A stretch of DNA of 58,673 nucleotides, the filler included, from Jimgerdemannia flammicorona (taxonomy: Eukaryota): NCBI GenBank assembly GCA_003990765.1. It is 2 parts of 2 records of this genome, joined end to end, with 100 filler letters (N's around TTAATTAATTAA, not from the genome) between each part and the next. Parts side by side here need not be neighbours in the genome. Positions count along the whole stretch, not along the records: positions 1 to 29,291 come from RBNJ01000506.1; positions 29,392 to 58,673 come from RBNJ01000507.1. The stretch is one strand, 5' to 3'. Positions 23,536 to 36,939 of this stretch are shown here, piece by piece (within the stretch, counting starts at the first letter, position 1; every line of letters begins with the position of its first letter). Made by a program: the position numbers and the translations under genes. The notes below the pieces were generated by a model. The model made no database searches and had not been told where the DNA came from. It saw nothing but the letters and a program-made list of their open reading frames with translations.

Positions 23536-24609
23536 GAGGATACTTTGTTAGAATATTGTTATATAGTTCTGGAGAGATTTTCTGAAAATTCTAGAGACAA
23601 TTTTCTTTAGTTTAAGATCAATTTCATATGGAGTAAATTCTCTATACTTATTGATTTCATGATTGGCTAATATCTCAATCAGAATTTTCCTTATTTTAGA
23701 AAGTTCAGAAATTAAGATCAGCTTAGTTGAATTAGTATATTGCTATAGACAATATCTAATTAGAAATTTTTTAGAATTAGTTAGAAGTAGGATCTAATAT
23801 AGTACAGATTTACTTAAGAGTAGTTTCTAAGTCATTAAATAGATTTATTCACTATTTGTTATATATTAGCTAATACTAGAAGTAGTGTGTGAAGAAATAT
23901 TAATGTAGAGGATTATTTATGCTCAGGTTATCTGTATTTTTGTCTGAGTTTTAGAGGTTTGAGAGAGACGGTATATATACTAATAGGAGATTATCTAGAC
24001 CTGACTAAATATAGTTAGCACTTTAATACTTAAGGAATCTGAATATAGTTATATAGTATAAGTTGAAAACTGATATGTCAAGAGATCTACTAACTGATGA
24101 GTCAGATTATTGTTACATAATACTATCTAATTTAACTATAATAATAACTACTATACTATTTATAGATTTATCAACTATCTGAATATTTGTCAATGAGTTT
24201 AATATTAATAATATTATCTCTGATAAAGTAGTCATTTAGGAAGAATGGTTCTTAGATTATATCTTCCTGTTTATTTATATAGAATTATATTAAATTATAC
24301 TGATTATCTCATAGCAAAGTGTCCTGCACATGAGGAGGCTAACATGAGATGAATAGTGTTCTATATAAAATGAATCTAATGTGGGACATGGGTTTGGCTC
24401 AAAGGAAGCATACGCTTCTGAAGGCCTGCCAATCACATTCATATGCAAAGAGGCCGGGCGCACATTTATTGTTCCAAAGGGGGATGGGTGGGAGGGGTAT
24501 ATGAAATCGATTGATACGAATTACTAATGACGATTGCTAGAGTATGTTGAGGGAAATGTGTGGCCGCTACCTAACTCTTGGGCATGCGGTTAGAGCTCGG
24601 GCTAGCTAA

Positions 24610-24781
24610 GGTAGGGTGCAGAAAGCGATTGAAACTGACTAAGCTAAGATGGTGGATTGCATGATTACGTTGCATGAATGTTTAAGTGCATGGTAGGGTG
24701 CAGGAAGCGATTGAAACTGACTAATCTAAGATGGTAGTTGCATTGCATGATGAATGTTAGATGCACAAGTGTTAAGTGCAA
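24610..24781. repeat. Two-copy ~82-90 bp tandem duplication
   Basis: GGTAGGGTGCAG(A/G)AAGCGATTGAAACTGACTAA(G/T)CTAAGATGGT at 24610 and 24692; both units end TTAAGTGCA. Confidence 0.9.
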
Positions 24782-24979
24782 TGGCCACTTTGCTGCATTT
24801 TGAACTATGTTCACAACTATATAATAGTATTATCTGTCTCATACTAGATATAGAAAAGAGATGCTTTATCTTTACTTTTATCAGATTTACTATAAGTATA
24901 CCTTTAGTAAGTTATAGTGCTATATATAACAGAGTTATAGTATGCTAGAGATTGTTTTTCATATTACTCATACTTCAGT

Positions 24980-27900
24980 CTCAGTGAAGTTTCTGAAGGA
25001 TCTGGAGGGGGTTGAGGTGTGCTTTGAGGAGGCGGGCACATTGGATGAGGCACTGAAGACTGGACTCTATAGTGTGATGCTTGAGGTGGGACCCCAGGGT
25101 GGTGCAGTTACTGATGAAGGGGGTGCCTACAGTGATGAAGGAGGAGACAAGGAGGAGGGTGGAGGAAGTGATGGTGGAGTATGGTGATGTGGTTGATATC
25201 AGCGTCCAGATGTGGGAGGGGACCATCTTCAGGATGTGGGATGTGGATGTCAGGATTAGACTGGTGGGCAGGGAGGCCATGGGGAAGATGAGTGACTGGC
25301 CTTTGGTGTTGATGTGGGGGGCTTTTGTCCGCAAGGTTTCAAGGGTGAAAGGGAGTGAGGAGGAGGAGGAGGACTTGTTGGAGGCTCTGAAGGAGCTAAG
25401 TGGTGCTGTTGAGCAGAGGGTGAAGGCCTGGAAGTTGTATGTAGAGTCAACATATTTGGAGATTGTTGACAGGAAGTATATTCATACTGACAAGAGGCAG
25501 TGGGAGAGGGCTCAAGGGCACCGGCAGCAGAGGGAGCTGTTGGCAAGCATGGATGGAGGGGTGAAGATGACAGCTAGGGGTGCTGAGAAGTCTGGGGGCA
25601 TAGAGGTGAGTATCTGGGTGAGTAAGGGAGGAAGAGCCATAGAGGAGGGCCTGGAGGGAGCTGGGAAGGTACCTCACAAAGACCCTTTTGCTGATGGTAT
25701 ATTCAAAGTCTGGGAACCAGTTATTGGTAACACTCCCCCCACTGATCAGGTGGGGTCCAGCTGTAAGGGGTCAGACAGCAGAAGATGTGTTGATGAAGGG
25801 TGCTCAGCTGGTACACTTTGGGGTTCCTGATTTTATAAAAGGTGGGCAGGTGGTGGCAGTTGGCAAGGATGAGCTGGTGGATGTCTCAGAGGAGGGGTGG
25901 GATGAGACTACTAGTGTAGGGGCAGATACCGCAATGCTAGATATGGGAAGGCCAGGGACACCAGGAGGAAAGGAGGTGGGGAACCTACTGTAGATGAGCA
26001 AGATGATGGAAAACTTCATGGCTGAGGAGTTGGGAGAAGTGGACTTGTGTGTGATGCCCAAGGAGCATTAGGCATGGATTCTGTGTGGAGATGGGGTGGT
26101 GGGGACACTGAAGGCTAAGATACTTGTGATCTTCCTGGAGGAGGAGGGTTATGAAGTTGATAGGGAAAGGGAGGCAGAGTTGACAGTCGTTGCTGGTGAG
26201 TGAGCTGCCTACTGTTGGACAGAGTGTCATAGTTTACAACTCTGGTAGGAGGCATGCCTGGAATATCATGAGGATTTTGAGAAAAAAGAGGATGGGGAAA
26301 TGGCTGAACTTCTGAATGGGCTGGAGGTGCAGGTGGCAGAAGAGAGAGTACTGGCTGCTGAGCATTACTTGGACTTAGCACAAGAGGAGTTGAATGTGGA
26401 CTTGTAAAGGATGAGACTATTATTTAACATTATTCCTATAAACAGTACAACTAATATATTCTCTCTGAATGTGAATGGGTTACGAGGATCTGGGCAGCAT
26501 AAGAACATTTTTGCTTGGCTTAAGGGATTGGAGGCTGATCTCTTTCTACTACAGGATGGATGAGGAAGATCAGGTAGAGTGGACTAGAGAATGGGGAGGA
26601 GCTACTGCTTGGATTGGTAAAGTGGCAATTCTGGTGAAGAAGGGTAGAGAAGATTTGGGTGGAATCAAGAGCTGGGGTGACTGTTTGGTCTGGGGAGAGT
26701 GGCATTGACCTGGGTGGGAATCAGTGAGAGTTGGCTCCTGCTACTGCCCTGTGGTTAGGGGTGAGTGAATTGAGTGGATTAGGGATCTGTTGGAGGAGGA
26801 TATTTTCTTGGAGAAAGGTGTTGATGTTCTGGGAGGTAACTTTAATATGGTGCAGGATCTGCGGCTGGATAGAACTGATGGAGAGAGGAGTACAGGCAGG
26901 AGGAGTGGTGGTCTGGATAAGTGAGAGGAGGTGGAGAACCTTAGCTCCTTTAGAATGTGGTGACATGAGGATCTATACACACTGGGTGAATGGATTGGGT
27001 ACAAGGATTGACTGTATTCTGATGGCTGAATGTTGGGGTGCTGATGTTTAGAAGACTCTAGAGGTGGAGTAGTGCCCATGGTCTGATTACTGGGGCTATT
27101 GGGGCAGGAGCAGTTTGGGGGGAGTAGAGATGGACCCTGACATTGGTATCTTAACTCCTCCCTGCTGGCTGAGAAGGGGTTGTGGGACCCATGGGTGTAG
27201 GACATCCACATGAAGATCACAAACTGGATACATGAGGGTTCATCTATGGGTGTCTGTTGGATGAGATTGAAGGAAGCTGTGGGGGTTTATTGGAGAGGAG
27301 CTGGTAGGGAGGCTGGGAGGCAGAGAAGGAAGTGAGTAAGATGTACTTCTAATAGGCTAATTAGGTTGTAGATGGAATGGGCTGATTTACTTTCTTCTGA
27401 AGAGGTGGAGGATTGGAGGTTTGAGCAGGCGAAATTGGAGGTGGTGGAATTGCAACAGATTTTGAGAGAGGAGGAGGAGATTCATATGAAAGGAATGGCT
27501 GCCAGGCTAAAGTGGCAGGGGCTTGAGGAGGGAGAGAGGCCTACTCAGTACTTGTCTCAGCTCCTCCAAGCCAGGAGGGTGTGACATTGATGGGATGGGG
27601 TCCTTGATGCCAAGGGGGAAATGGGGGTACTGAAGGTGAGATGAAGGGGTCTTTGGAGTGAGGAGGAAGGGGGTACAGATGAAGAGGTGATTGGAGACAC
27701 ACTGGAGGAGTGGAAACTGCCATGAGTAGGGAGACTTGGTGACTTGATCACACCAGTCCAAGAGGAGGAGATCCAGAGAGTCCTTGTGGCAACTAAGCTT
27801 GGGACAGTACCAGGAGAGGATTGGTTACCTTGAGACTTCTGGAAGAAGATGGCAAAGGTCCCTGGAGTGTTAGGTGAGATGGCCACCCTCTGTGACTATG

Positions 27901-29291
27901 TTCTACTGAATGGCAAATGGGTTGGAGAGCAGGACTTGGGGCTGGTGGCCTTATTGTACAAGGACAAGGAGAGGTGGGAGGACTGGAAGAACTGGAGGCC
28001 AATCATGCTTCTGGATATGGACAGGAGGATAGTGACTAAGGTGATTGTTGTGAGGCTACAGAAGGTTGCCCAATAGGTGCTGGGTGAGGAGTAGTGGGGC
28101 TTTGTTAGAGACAGGCTTATCAGAGATGGGATTGCCTGAGTGCATGGAGTTATTGAAGGGGCCTGGGCCTGTGGACTGGATGGTAGACTGGTATTTTTGA
28201 ACCAGGAGAAGGCCTATGACCATGTTTGGTAGGTGTGGCTGAGTAAGGTACTGGATAGAATTGGTGTTCCCCTATAATTTTGAGCTTCTATATTGAATCT
28301 GTTGTCGGGTAGTAGGGTGGCACTGATGTGCAATGGTCACTGGGGTTTGGTATTTCCCTTGGGAAGAGGAGTTTCTCAGGGAGACCCACTGTCTCCTTTC
28401 CTTTATGCCCTTTTATTGGAACCTTTGATGGATAGGATACAATGGAAGATGGTAGGGTTCTCTTTATATAGTGTAGTGTGGAAGGTGGGGGCCTTTGTGG
28501 ATGATATGGTAGTTGGACTTGGATCAGTGGCAGACATTGAGGTACTTAAGAAGACAGTGGAATGGTATGAGGCACACTCTGGGGCAAAACTCAACTGAGA
28601 TAAGTATCAGACAATGGTGTTGTGAAATGGGCTAGTGGGAGGGGACATCATTGGAACAATTGTCCCTACAAGAGACGTGGTACAGTATCTGGGCATCTTC
28701 CTTTCTGTATATGGATCTGTCTTGCCATGAGTGTGGTGGGAGAGGAGGGTGGCCATTTGGGGGGAGGCTCTTAGAGGTTGGGGGGGTTGCCACATCTCCC
28801 TGGCAGGGTGGGTGTCGATTCTGAATGTCTACTAGTTCCCTATGTGGCCTATCACTTAGACTTCCCAGCTTGGGTGGTGAAGAGGCTGATGAAAATTGGA
28901 TTTGGGCAGAGAGGAGGTCCCAGATCAGTTGGGATACTCTTGTAATACTGGTGATTAGGAGAGGACTAGGCCTTGTGGATTTCCCTAAGCAGCTATACTG
29001 TCTGCAAGCTTGGTGGTTGAAAAGGGTTGTTGAACTGTAGGGAGGAGGTTGGGTGCCACTGATGCAAAAGGTGTGGGAGAAGAGATTCTCCCCTCATGGG
29101 TCCTCAGGGGATTTGCTCTCTCTGGTGGACTTGGATGGAAGCTGACAACTATGATATATGGGCTTCTGGTGGGGGGTGGTGGATGGAGTACACCAGATAG
29201 GCCTGTGCTGGTGGGGTGATAAGGGGGAGGTAGTGGGGTGCAGCTATATGGCGATGGGACAGACTGCTTCTGAGGGGTGTTCTGCTTTTTT
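24980..29291 (+). mobile_element. LINE copy, 5'-truncated within ORF1 and cut at the contig spacer
   Basis: Collinear with about 11970-16375; GVSQGDPLSP, AFVDD. Confidence 0.92.
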
Positions 29292-29391
29292 NNNNNNNNN
29301 NNNNNNNNNNNNNNNNNNNNNNNNNNNNNNNNNNNTTAATTAATTAANNNNNNNNNNNNNNNNNNNNNNNNNNNNNNNNNNNNNNNNNNNN
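29292..29391. other. Artificial contig-joining spacer (44 N, TTAATTAATTAA, 44 N)
   Basis: Exactly 100 bp; the central 12-mer is a six-frame stop linker. Confidence 0.95.
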
Positions 29392-32300
29392 CACTCCTTC
29401 TCAATGGAAGACCACTTTGTTAGCCACCACCTCTACCCTCTGACCACTCTGGTTACAGATCCCTTCCACTAGATAGCGATATTGCCTACCCTGGGGACTC
29501 CAACCAACCCACTACCCAGTAAGAAGATCACCCATCAACTCCTCCCACCTCACCAACTTCTCCTGCAACTCTGTCTATTGCTCTTTCTCAAAAACAAATA
29601 ACCAATATCCAGCCAACCCTACCTACACTACAATTACCTACTCTATAGTGAGCCACCCATTGCCAACACCTCCCACTAGTCTAGATTCCTAATCCTCCCA
29701 GCAACCTTGCTCACCATCTAGTCTCCTTTCTATATCTAGCCTATACTCTATAGCTATCCAAAAGTCCCCCAACACCTCACACTCTCTCAGCCAATATTCT
29801 GACATCTGTATGAAGCCCCCAGCTTGCCCTGTATTATAACCCTCCTTACAATCCAATTGGCCACCATCCACCAGATGCCTAGTATGGAAATTCAGTATAA
29901 TATTCCTTCACAGCATTCACCACCACACTATTCAGATCTTGAGAGAAAGCGACTTTTGTATCTCAGCACTTTAGGCCCAGATTTCTGCCCAGTTCAATCC
30001 CCACCACCTGCCAACTACTTGGCCAAAGATCCTGGTGAAGTCTCTGCTAACACTCCACTCCATCACTAATATCAAACTCAGCAAGAGGAATCTCTCCTAG
30101 CGAGTCCCATTGCCATATAGCAGGGCCCCACATCTCTTCCCCCTCATTACTCTGCCAGCATAGGTCTATCTGGTGCACTCCATCCACCACCCCCCACCAA
30201 AGCCCTTATACCATAGCCATTGGCTTCCATTCAGCCCCACCAGAGAGAACAAGTCTCCTGAGAACTCCTAAGATGAGAACCTCATCTCTCACACCTTCTG
30301 CATCAGCATAACACAATCTTCTCCCCATAGTTCAACTGTCCTTTTCAACCACTAAGCTCACAGACAGTATAGCCTTCTAGAGAAATCTACAAGACCTAGG
30401 CCTCCCCTAACCACTGGCTCCACAAGGATATCCCAACTAATCTGTGATCTTCTTTCAGCCCAAATCCAATCCTAAGCCAGCTTCATCAGCCTCTTCACCA
30501 CCTAGGCTGGAAAGTCCAAGTGATATTCTATATACCATAGCTTGGGGAATCAGTACACATTCAGGATCATCACTTAATCTACCAGGGAGATGTGCTGACC
30601 CCCCCAATCTCTCAGAGTCTCTCCCCAAATAACTACCTTTCTCTCCCACCACATCTGTGGCAAGACTGATCTATATATAGAATGGAAGATATGAAGATAC
30701 TGCACCACCTCTCCTGTGGGGATAATTGTTCCAATGATATTCCTTCCCATCAACCCATTCCCCAACACCAATGTCTCACACTTATACCAGTTGAGTTTCA
30801 CCCCAGGGTATACCTCATACCATTCCACTGTGTCTGTAAGTGCCTTAACATCTGCCACTGATCTAAGGCCAACTACCATATCATCTATAAAGGCCCTCAC
30901 CTTCTATACTATACTATACACTGAGAGCCCAGCCACCTTCCAATGGGTCCTATCCATCAAAGGTTCTAGTGAAAGAGTATACAGAATAGGGGACAGTGGG
31001 TCTCCTTGAGGCAATCCTCTCTCCAAGGGAAACACCAAACCCCTGTGACTATTGCACATCAGTACTGCCCTACTGCCCTCCAACAAACTCAATATAAAGG
31101 CTCGAAACTGCAGTGGGACACCAATTCTATTCAATACCTTACCCAGCCATACCTACTGGACATGGTCATAGGCCTTCTCCTGGTCCAAAAAAACCAGCCT
31201 ACCATCTAGCCCACAGGCCTGAGCCTCTTCAATAATACTATGTACCCAGGCAGTTCCATCTCTGATAAGCCTACCTCCTATGAAACCCCCCAGCTTCTCA
31301 TCCAGTACCTATTGAGAGACCTTCTGCACCCTTGCAATAATTACTTTTGTCACCAACTTCCAGTCCATATCCAAAAGCATGATTGGCCTCCAATTCTTCC
31401 AGTCCTCTTGCCTGCCCTTATCTTTATATAATAAGGCCACCAACCCCAAGTCCTGCTCTCCAACCCACTCACCATATAGAAGAACATGATCACAGAGGGC
31501 AGCTATCTCTCCTAGTATTCCAGGGACCTTTTCTATCTTCTTCCAGAAGTTCCAAGATAGCTCATCCTCCCCAGATACTGTCCTAAGCTTAGTAGCTACA
31601 AGGACCCTCTAGATCTCCTCCTCTTAGACTAGTAAGATCAAGTCACCCAGACCCTCTATCTGCAGTGGTTCCCACTCCTCCAGTACATCTACAATTGCCT
31701 CAACATCTGTACCTCCTTCTTCCTCACTCCACAGACCATGCCATCCCTTCTTCAATACTCCTAATATCTGTTATATGCCATAGACCAAATTCCCCTTAGC
31801 ATAAAGACTCTATCCTACCAATATCACACCCTCCTAGCTTTAAGGAGCCTAGACAAGTATCTAGTAGGCCTCTCTCCCTCCTCCAACCCCTGCCACCATA
31901 GCCTGGCAGCCATCTCTTGTATATGAGTCTCCTCCTCCTCTTGCAATATCTGCTATAGTTCCACTACCTCCAATCTAGTCCTTTTAAACCTCCAATCCTC
32001 CACCTCATCAGAGTCTAGTAAATCAGCCCATTCCATCTGCAATCTTATCAGTCTATTAGAAGCACACTATATGCACTTCCTCCTCTATCTCTCAGCCTCT
32101 CTACCAGCTCCTCCTCAATAGGCCTTCACAGCCTCTTTCAACCTCATCCAATGGACATCTACAGACAGACCCTCACACCTCCAGAGAGGAACCTTCTCTT
32201 GAATGTCCTCCACCATGAGTCCTACAACCCCTTCTTAGCCAGCAGGGAGGAGTTAAGGCATCAATGTCAGGGTCTATCTCCACTCCCCCCAAACTGCCCC

Positions 32301-35105
32301 TGTCCTAACAGTCCCCAGTGATCAGACCATGGGTACTATACAACCTCCAAAGACTTCCAGACATCAGCACCCCAATATTTAGCTGTCAAAATCCAGTCAA
32401 TCCTTGTACCCAATCCATTCACCTAATGGGTGTAGACCCTGGTGTCACCCCACCATGTTCATCCCATATTACCCCAAGGAGCTAAGATTTTCCACCTCCT
32501 TCTATGCATCCAGACCACCACTTCTCCCATCAGTATTCCTCCTTCCATTAGTTCTATCTAGTTGTGGATCTCAAACCATATTAAAATCACCACCAAGAAC
32601 ATCAACACCTTCCTCCAAGAGAGTACCCACCTCCAGCAGCTTCTTAATCCATGCAATTCTCCCACCCCTAACTGCTGGGCAGTAGCAAGAGCCCATCCTC
32701 ACTGATTCCCACCCTGGCCTATACCATTCTCCCCAGATCAAGAAATCCCCCCAGTTCCTAATTCCCCCCAAATCCCCTCTACCCTTCTTCACCAGAATTG
32801 CCACTTTTTCAAACCAAGTAGTAGCCCTACCCCATTCCCTAGTCCATTCCACCCAATTATCCCCATCCTCACACCATACATTCTGCAGTAAAAAGAGATC
32901 AGCCTCCAATCTCTTGAGCTAAGTAAAAATGTTCTTACATTGCCCAGAACCCCATAGTCTATTCACATTTAGTGAGAAAATGTTAGTTATACTGTTTATA
33001 AGGAATACTGTTATATATCAAACTCATCCTCTACAAATCTGCATTCAAGTCCTCCCATATCAAATCCAAGACATATTCTGCAGCCAGTTCCCTTTGCTCA
33101 GCTTCCTGTGCCTCCAACCCCTCCAGAAGTTCAACCATTGCCCTATTCTATTTCTCCTCAAAGTCCTCATGATACTCCAGACAGGTCACCTGCCAGAGCT
33201 GTAAACCATGATACTCAGTCCAACAATAGGCAGCCTGTTCACCAGCAACATCCATTATCTTCCAGGAAGATTGTAAGAATCTCCCCCTTCAGCATCTCCT
33301 CCACTCCATCACCTCACAGAATCCTTGCCAAGTGCTCCTCAGGCATTACTCATAGGTCCACTTCTCCCAATGCCTCAGCCACCAGGTTATCTATCACCTT
33401 GCTTATCCACAGTAGGTTCCCCACCTCCTTCTCCCCAGGAGTCCCAGGCTGCCCTATATCCAGCATCATAGTATCAGCTCCTATACTGGCAGCCTCATCC
33501 CACTCCTCCTCTGAGATATCCACCAGCTCATCCTTACCAACTGCCACCACCTGGCCCTCTTTCACCACATCTGGGACCCCAAAGTGAACTCGCTGGGCTC
33601 CCTGCATCAGTATGTCCTCCACTGCTCCTTGCTTCCCAACTGGGCCCCTCCTAATAAGTGGGGGAGAGTGTCATCCAAATCCTGCTCCTAAACTTTGAAG
33701 GTACCATCAGCATATAGATCCTTGCCCAGTATCTTCCCAGCTCCTTCCTCATTCACCTCCACCTCCTCACCTCCTTTGCTAGCCCAGACACTGGCTTCCA
33801 CACCTCCAGTCTCCTCAGCTTCAGCCAACTTCGTCTTCTCCCCTCCTGTCATACTTGCTAACAGCTCCCTCTGCCTCCTGCATCCCTGGGCCTACTTCCA
33901 CTGTTTCCTGTCAGTACAGATATGTTTCCCATCCACAACCTCTAGGTGCATCAACTTCTCATACCTCTTCCAGGCCTTTGCCATTCTCTCTACAGCTCCA
34001 CTCAACTCCTCCAGAGCCTCCAACAAGTCCTTCTCCTCCTCTTCACTCTCTTTCACCCTTGATATCTTACAGATGAAGGCCCCCTACATCAGTACCAAGG
34101 GCCAGTCACTCATCTTCCCTGTGGCCTCCTTACCCACCAGCCAAATCCTGACATTGATATCACCTATCCTGAATGTTGTCTCCTCCCACACCTAAAAGCC
34201 AATGTCCAATACATCTCCATACTCCACCATCACCTCCTCCACTCTCCTCCTAGTCTCCTCCTTAGTCACTGTGGGCACTCCCCTCACTAGAAGCTGTACT
34301 ACCCTGGGGTCCAACCTCAAGCACCACACCATGGGGACCACCACCTCCCCAACTACTACTCCAGTCTTCAGGGTCTCATCCAGTGGACCTGCCTCCTCAA
34401 AGCCCATCTCAACCCCCTCCAGACCCTTCAAGAACTTCATGGAGGCCACCCCAGCCACTTGCTTCGAAATAAGCCCCAGGACTATCCTTGTCATCACCAC
34501 TAAGCCTTGGAAGCACAAGATAGCCACAAACTCTGAGATTGACTTCTTGAGTAATGGAGCCACTACAACTTCCATTACACCATCTGCCAGGTCTCCCTTC
34601 CACATTGGGAACTCCTGCCCTCCCTGGCCATCAGTCATTACATCTCTTTTATTCTCCTGATTCACTATCACACTTCTATCAGCAGTCCCACCACCACCCC
34701 CAGCAGCTACTCCACTTCCTCCACCTCCTACTGGCAAATGTCCAGCACCCCCAGCATCCCCAATCTTCTACTTCCCCTTCCCTCCTGCCTGTCCACTATC
34801 AGCTCCCATCAGCCAACCCCCAGTCCTCAGCATATCTGCAAAGCTTCTTCCCTGCTACCCTCCAGCCCCCCCACCAGCACTGCCTCTACTGCCCAAGCTG
34901 TCCTGCCCACTTGAGCCACCAAAAGACCCCATCTCTAGTATATAACCTCTCCTAACATACTGCCAGTTGAAGGCCCCAGGTCCACCTGACCTAGTATATA
35001 TGTCAGCTTGCTTGCTGATTGACATTGCCTTAATATCTCTCTCTAATAAATAATTTGAAAATATGTTGTAAAAGTGTGTATGTATAATATGAATTATAGC
35101 AGAGG
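29392..35105 (-). mobile_element. Near full-length LINE copy, 3' end cut by the spacer
   Basis: 5' UTR and ORF1 start (about 35025) match 11316-11470; GGDFN, GLPQGDPLSP, AFIDD. Confidence 0.92.
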
Positions 35106-35609
35106 CCATTTCTCTCTCTCTTGAAATTAACCAAATACACTAACCTGCCTGACATTAGTAATATATAAAGTATTTTGTCATTCTTCACAAGTACTCATTC
35201 AAATATGGCCAGCAGTTATTTGTATTCATCTATGACAACAATTCCATCTAGCTAATTTTGTTTATTCCATACTTTAGTATTCACCTTAAAGCCAGTATAA
35301 TATGATGAATGTTCTATAATTTTCATATAGTTTTCTATCACTCTTATGACCTCTTGTCTCAGTTGGTCATTATGCACTTTCTTAATATATTTATTAGCCA
35401 TAGTGAAGGTATGCCTAATGTCTGATTTGTAAGGCCTTTGCTCTATAAGATTGGGAACATCTAAGAAATTAGTTTGATAATGCTCTCAGATAGTGCTTGA
35501 ACAAACTCAATGGCTAAAATGGCAATTATTGCAAGATTTGTACTCTGGCCCAGGCTTGGAGCTGGAGAATATGTATATTTCAAAAAAAAAACAAACTTTT
35601 TCAAGCTAT

Positions 35610-36925
35610 ATTATTGGAATCTAGTGGGGGACATTGTGCTTGCAGACTAGTAGTGAGCTGGCAGTTGGAAAGCTGGGGATCTGGGGGAGCAAGCTATATG
35701 GCAGTGAGCTGGTGATCAAGCTAAAGATTGGAGAGCTGAGGGTCAGTGAGCTGGAAGTTAGCAATCTTGGCAACCTGGATGTTGGCAAGCTCAGCAGACT
35801 GAGTGTCTGTAAGCTCAGCAGACTGAGTGTTGGCAAGCTGGGTATCTTTAGGGCACTGAGCTTTGGGATAGTAAGCTGAGGTGCATTAAGCTTAGTAGGG
35901 CCTTGTAAATACTTATTGGTCACATGATCACTCAATATAGTGGTGAATTAAGTGAGGCAAAGTAAAGGATAAAGTGAAGGATAAGAGACAAAAGTAAGCT
36001 TTCCATAAATTAAATATTCAAAGACTATAACATCTTTCAGAAGCTCTTTTGGAATATCTCCAAAACCCATTTATTGTTTGCAATTTATGGAATAAGGGTG
36101 TAGGAGGTAGAGGAATACATAAGTGTTATATAAGAGGAGTAGAATATAGTGAAGAAAGCTCCAGATTATAAGTATAAGCTTAAGCATAAGTAAGATTTGC
36201 CCTACTTAGCTCTACTTAGCTTCACTCAGCTAATAGCTAATATCATGTAATATTAGCTTATGTATATGTTATATAAGCTTGTCAGACTGAGCTTATCCAG
36301 ACTTATAAGCAAAAGACTTATAAAGCCTGGCTTATACAAATCTCACTCAAATATTTTTTATAATTCTTGCTTTAATCTTACTTGTAAATCTTATACAAAC
36401 CTCACTATAGACCTTGCTCAAATATGCCACAAACCTCATTCTGATGTTATTTCAAATCTCAATCAAACATTGCTTACAAATCTTACTTTAATCTTACTTG
36501 GAAATCTTACTCAAAGTTGGCTGCAAATATATTATAAACCTCACTCAAATTTGTTGCAAACCTTACTCAATCAGAACTTACTCTGAACATACTGAATCAT
36601 ACAGAACATTCAATTGATCTTTGGCTATTGCATCTTACACTGTCACCTCACTGCTCTCTATCTTACTGCCCTCTAGCTTGCTAACATCTGTTTCAGGCCC
36701 TACAGTTACTGGCTTCTCTTGCTGCTCACTGCCCCCAACTCTATATCTCTAACTCTATGCTCCCAACTCTCTGCCACTCAGTTTACTGCTCCCCCAGCTC
36801 ATTCTCTATCCCTCAGCTCACTACTCTCCAGTTTGTCACTCTCTGGCTCACCACTTCCTGGCCACTTTTTAGCTCTCAGCCTCCCACTCAAGCTTCTAGT
36901 CCCCACCATCATCAAATACTTTTGA
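35610..36925. repeat. Possible foldback or non-autonomous DNA element with long, internally repetitive inverted arms
   Basis: Left arm has (G/A)AGCTG-type units at 35620-35890; right arm has complementary CAGCTC/CTCACT-type units at 36640-36910; AAACCTCACTCAAA-like repeats lie between. Confidence 0.4.
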
Positions 36926-36939
36926 AGTATCTAAAGATC

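Noticed and set aside
24060..24110. GAAA...CTGATGA hammerhead-like words
   Set aside because: The flanking stems do not pair.
23546..24117. Possible solo LTR (TGTTAG...TGTTACA)
   Set aside because: No matching TSD and no second copy in the window; too decayed to support.
24980..35105. Tail-to-tail LINE palindrome
   Set aside because: The centre is an artificial contig spacer and the copies are clearly diverged.
35491..35500. TAGTGCT as the left TIR of the hAT element
   Set aside because: Only 7 bp match the right end, and the 8-bp flanks (CTCTCAGA versus CTAAAAGC) are not a TSD.
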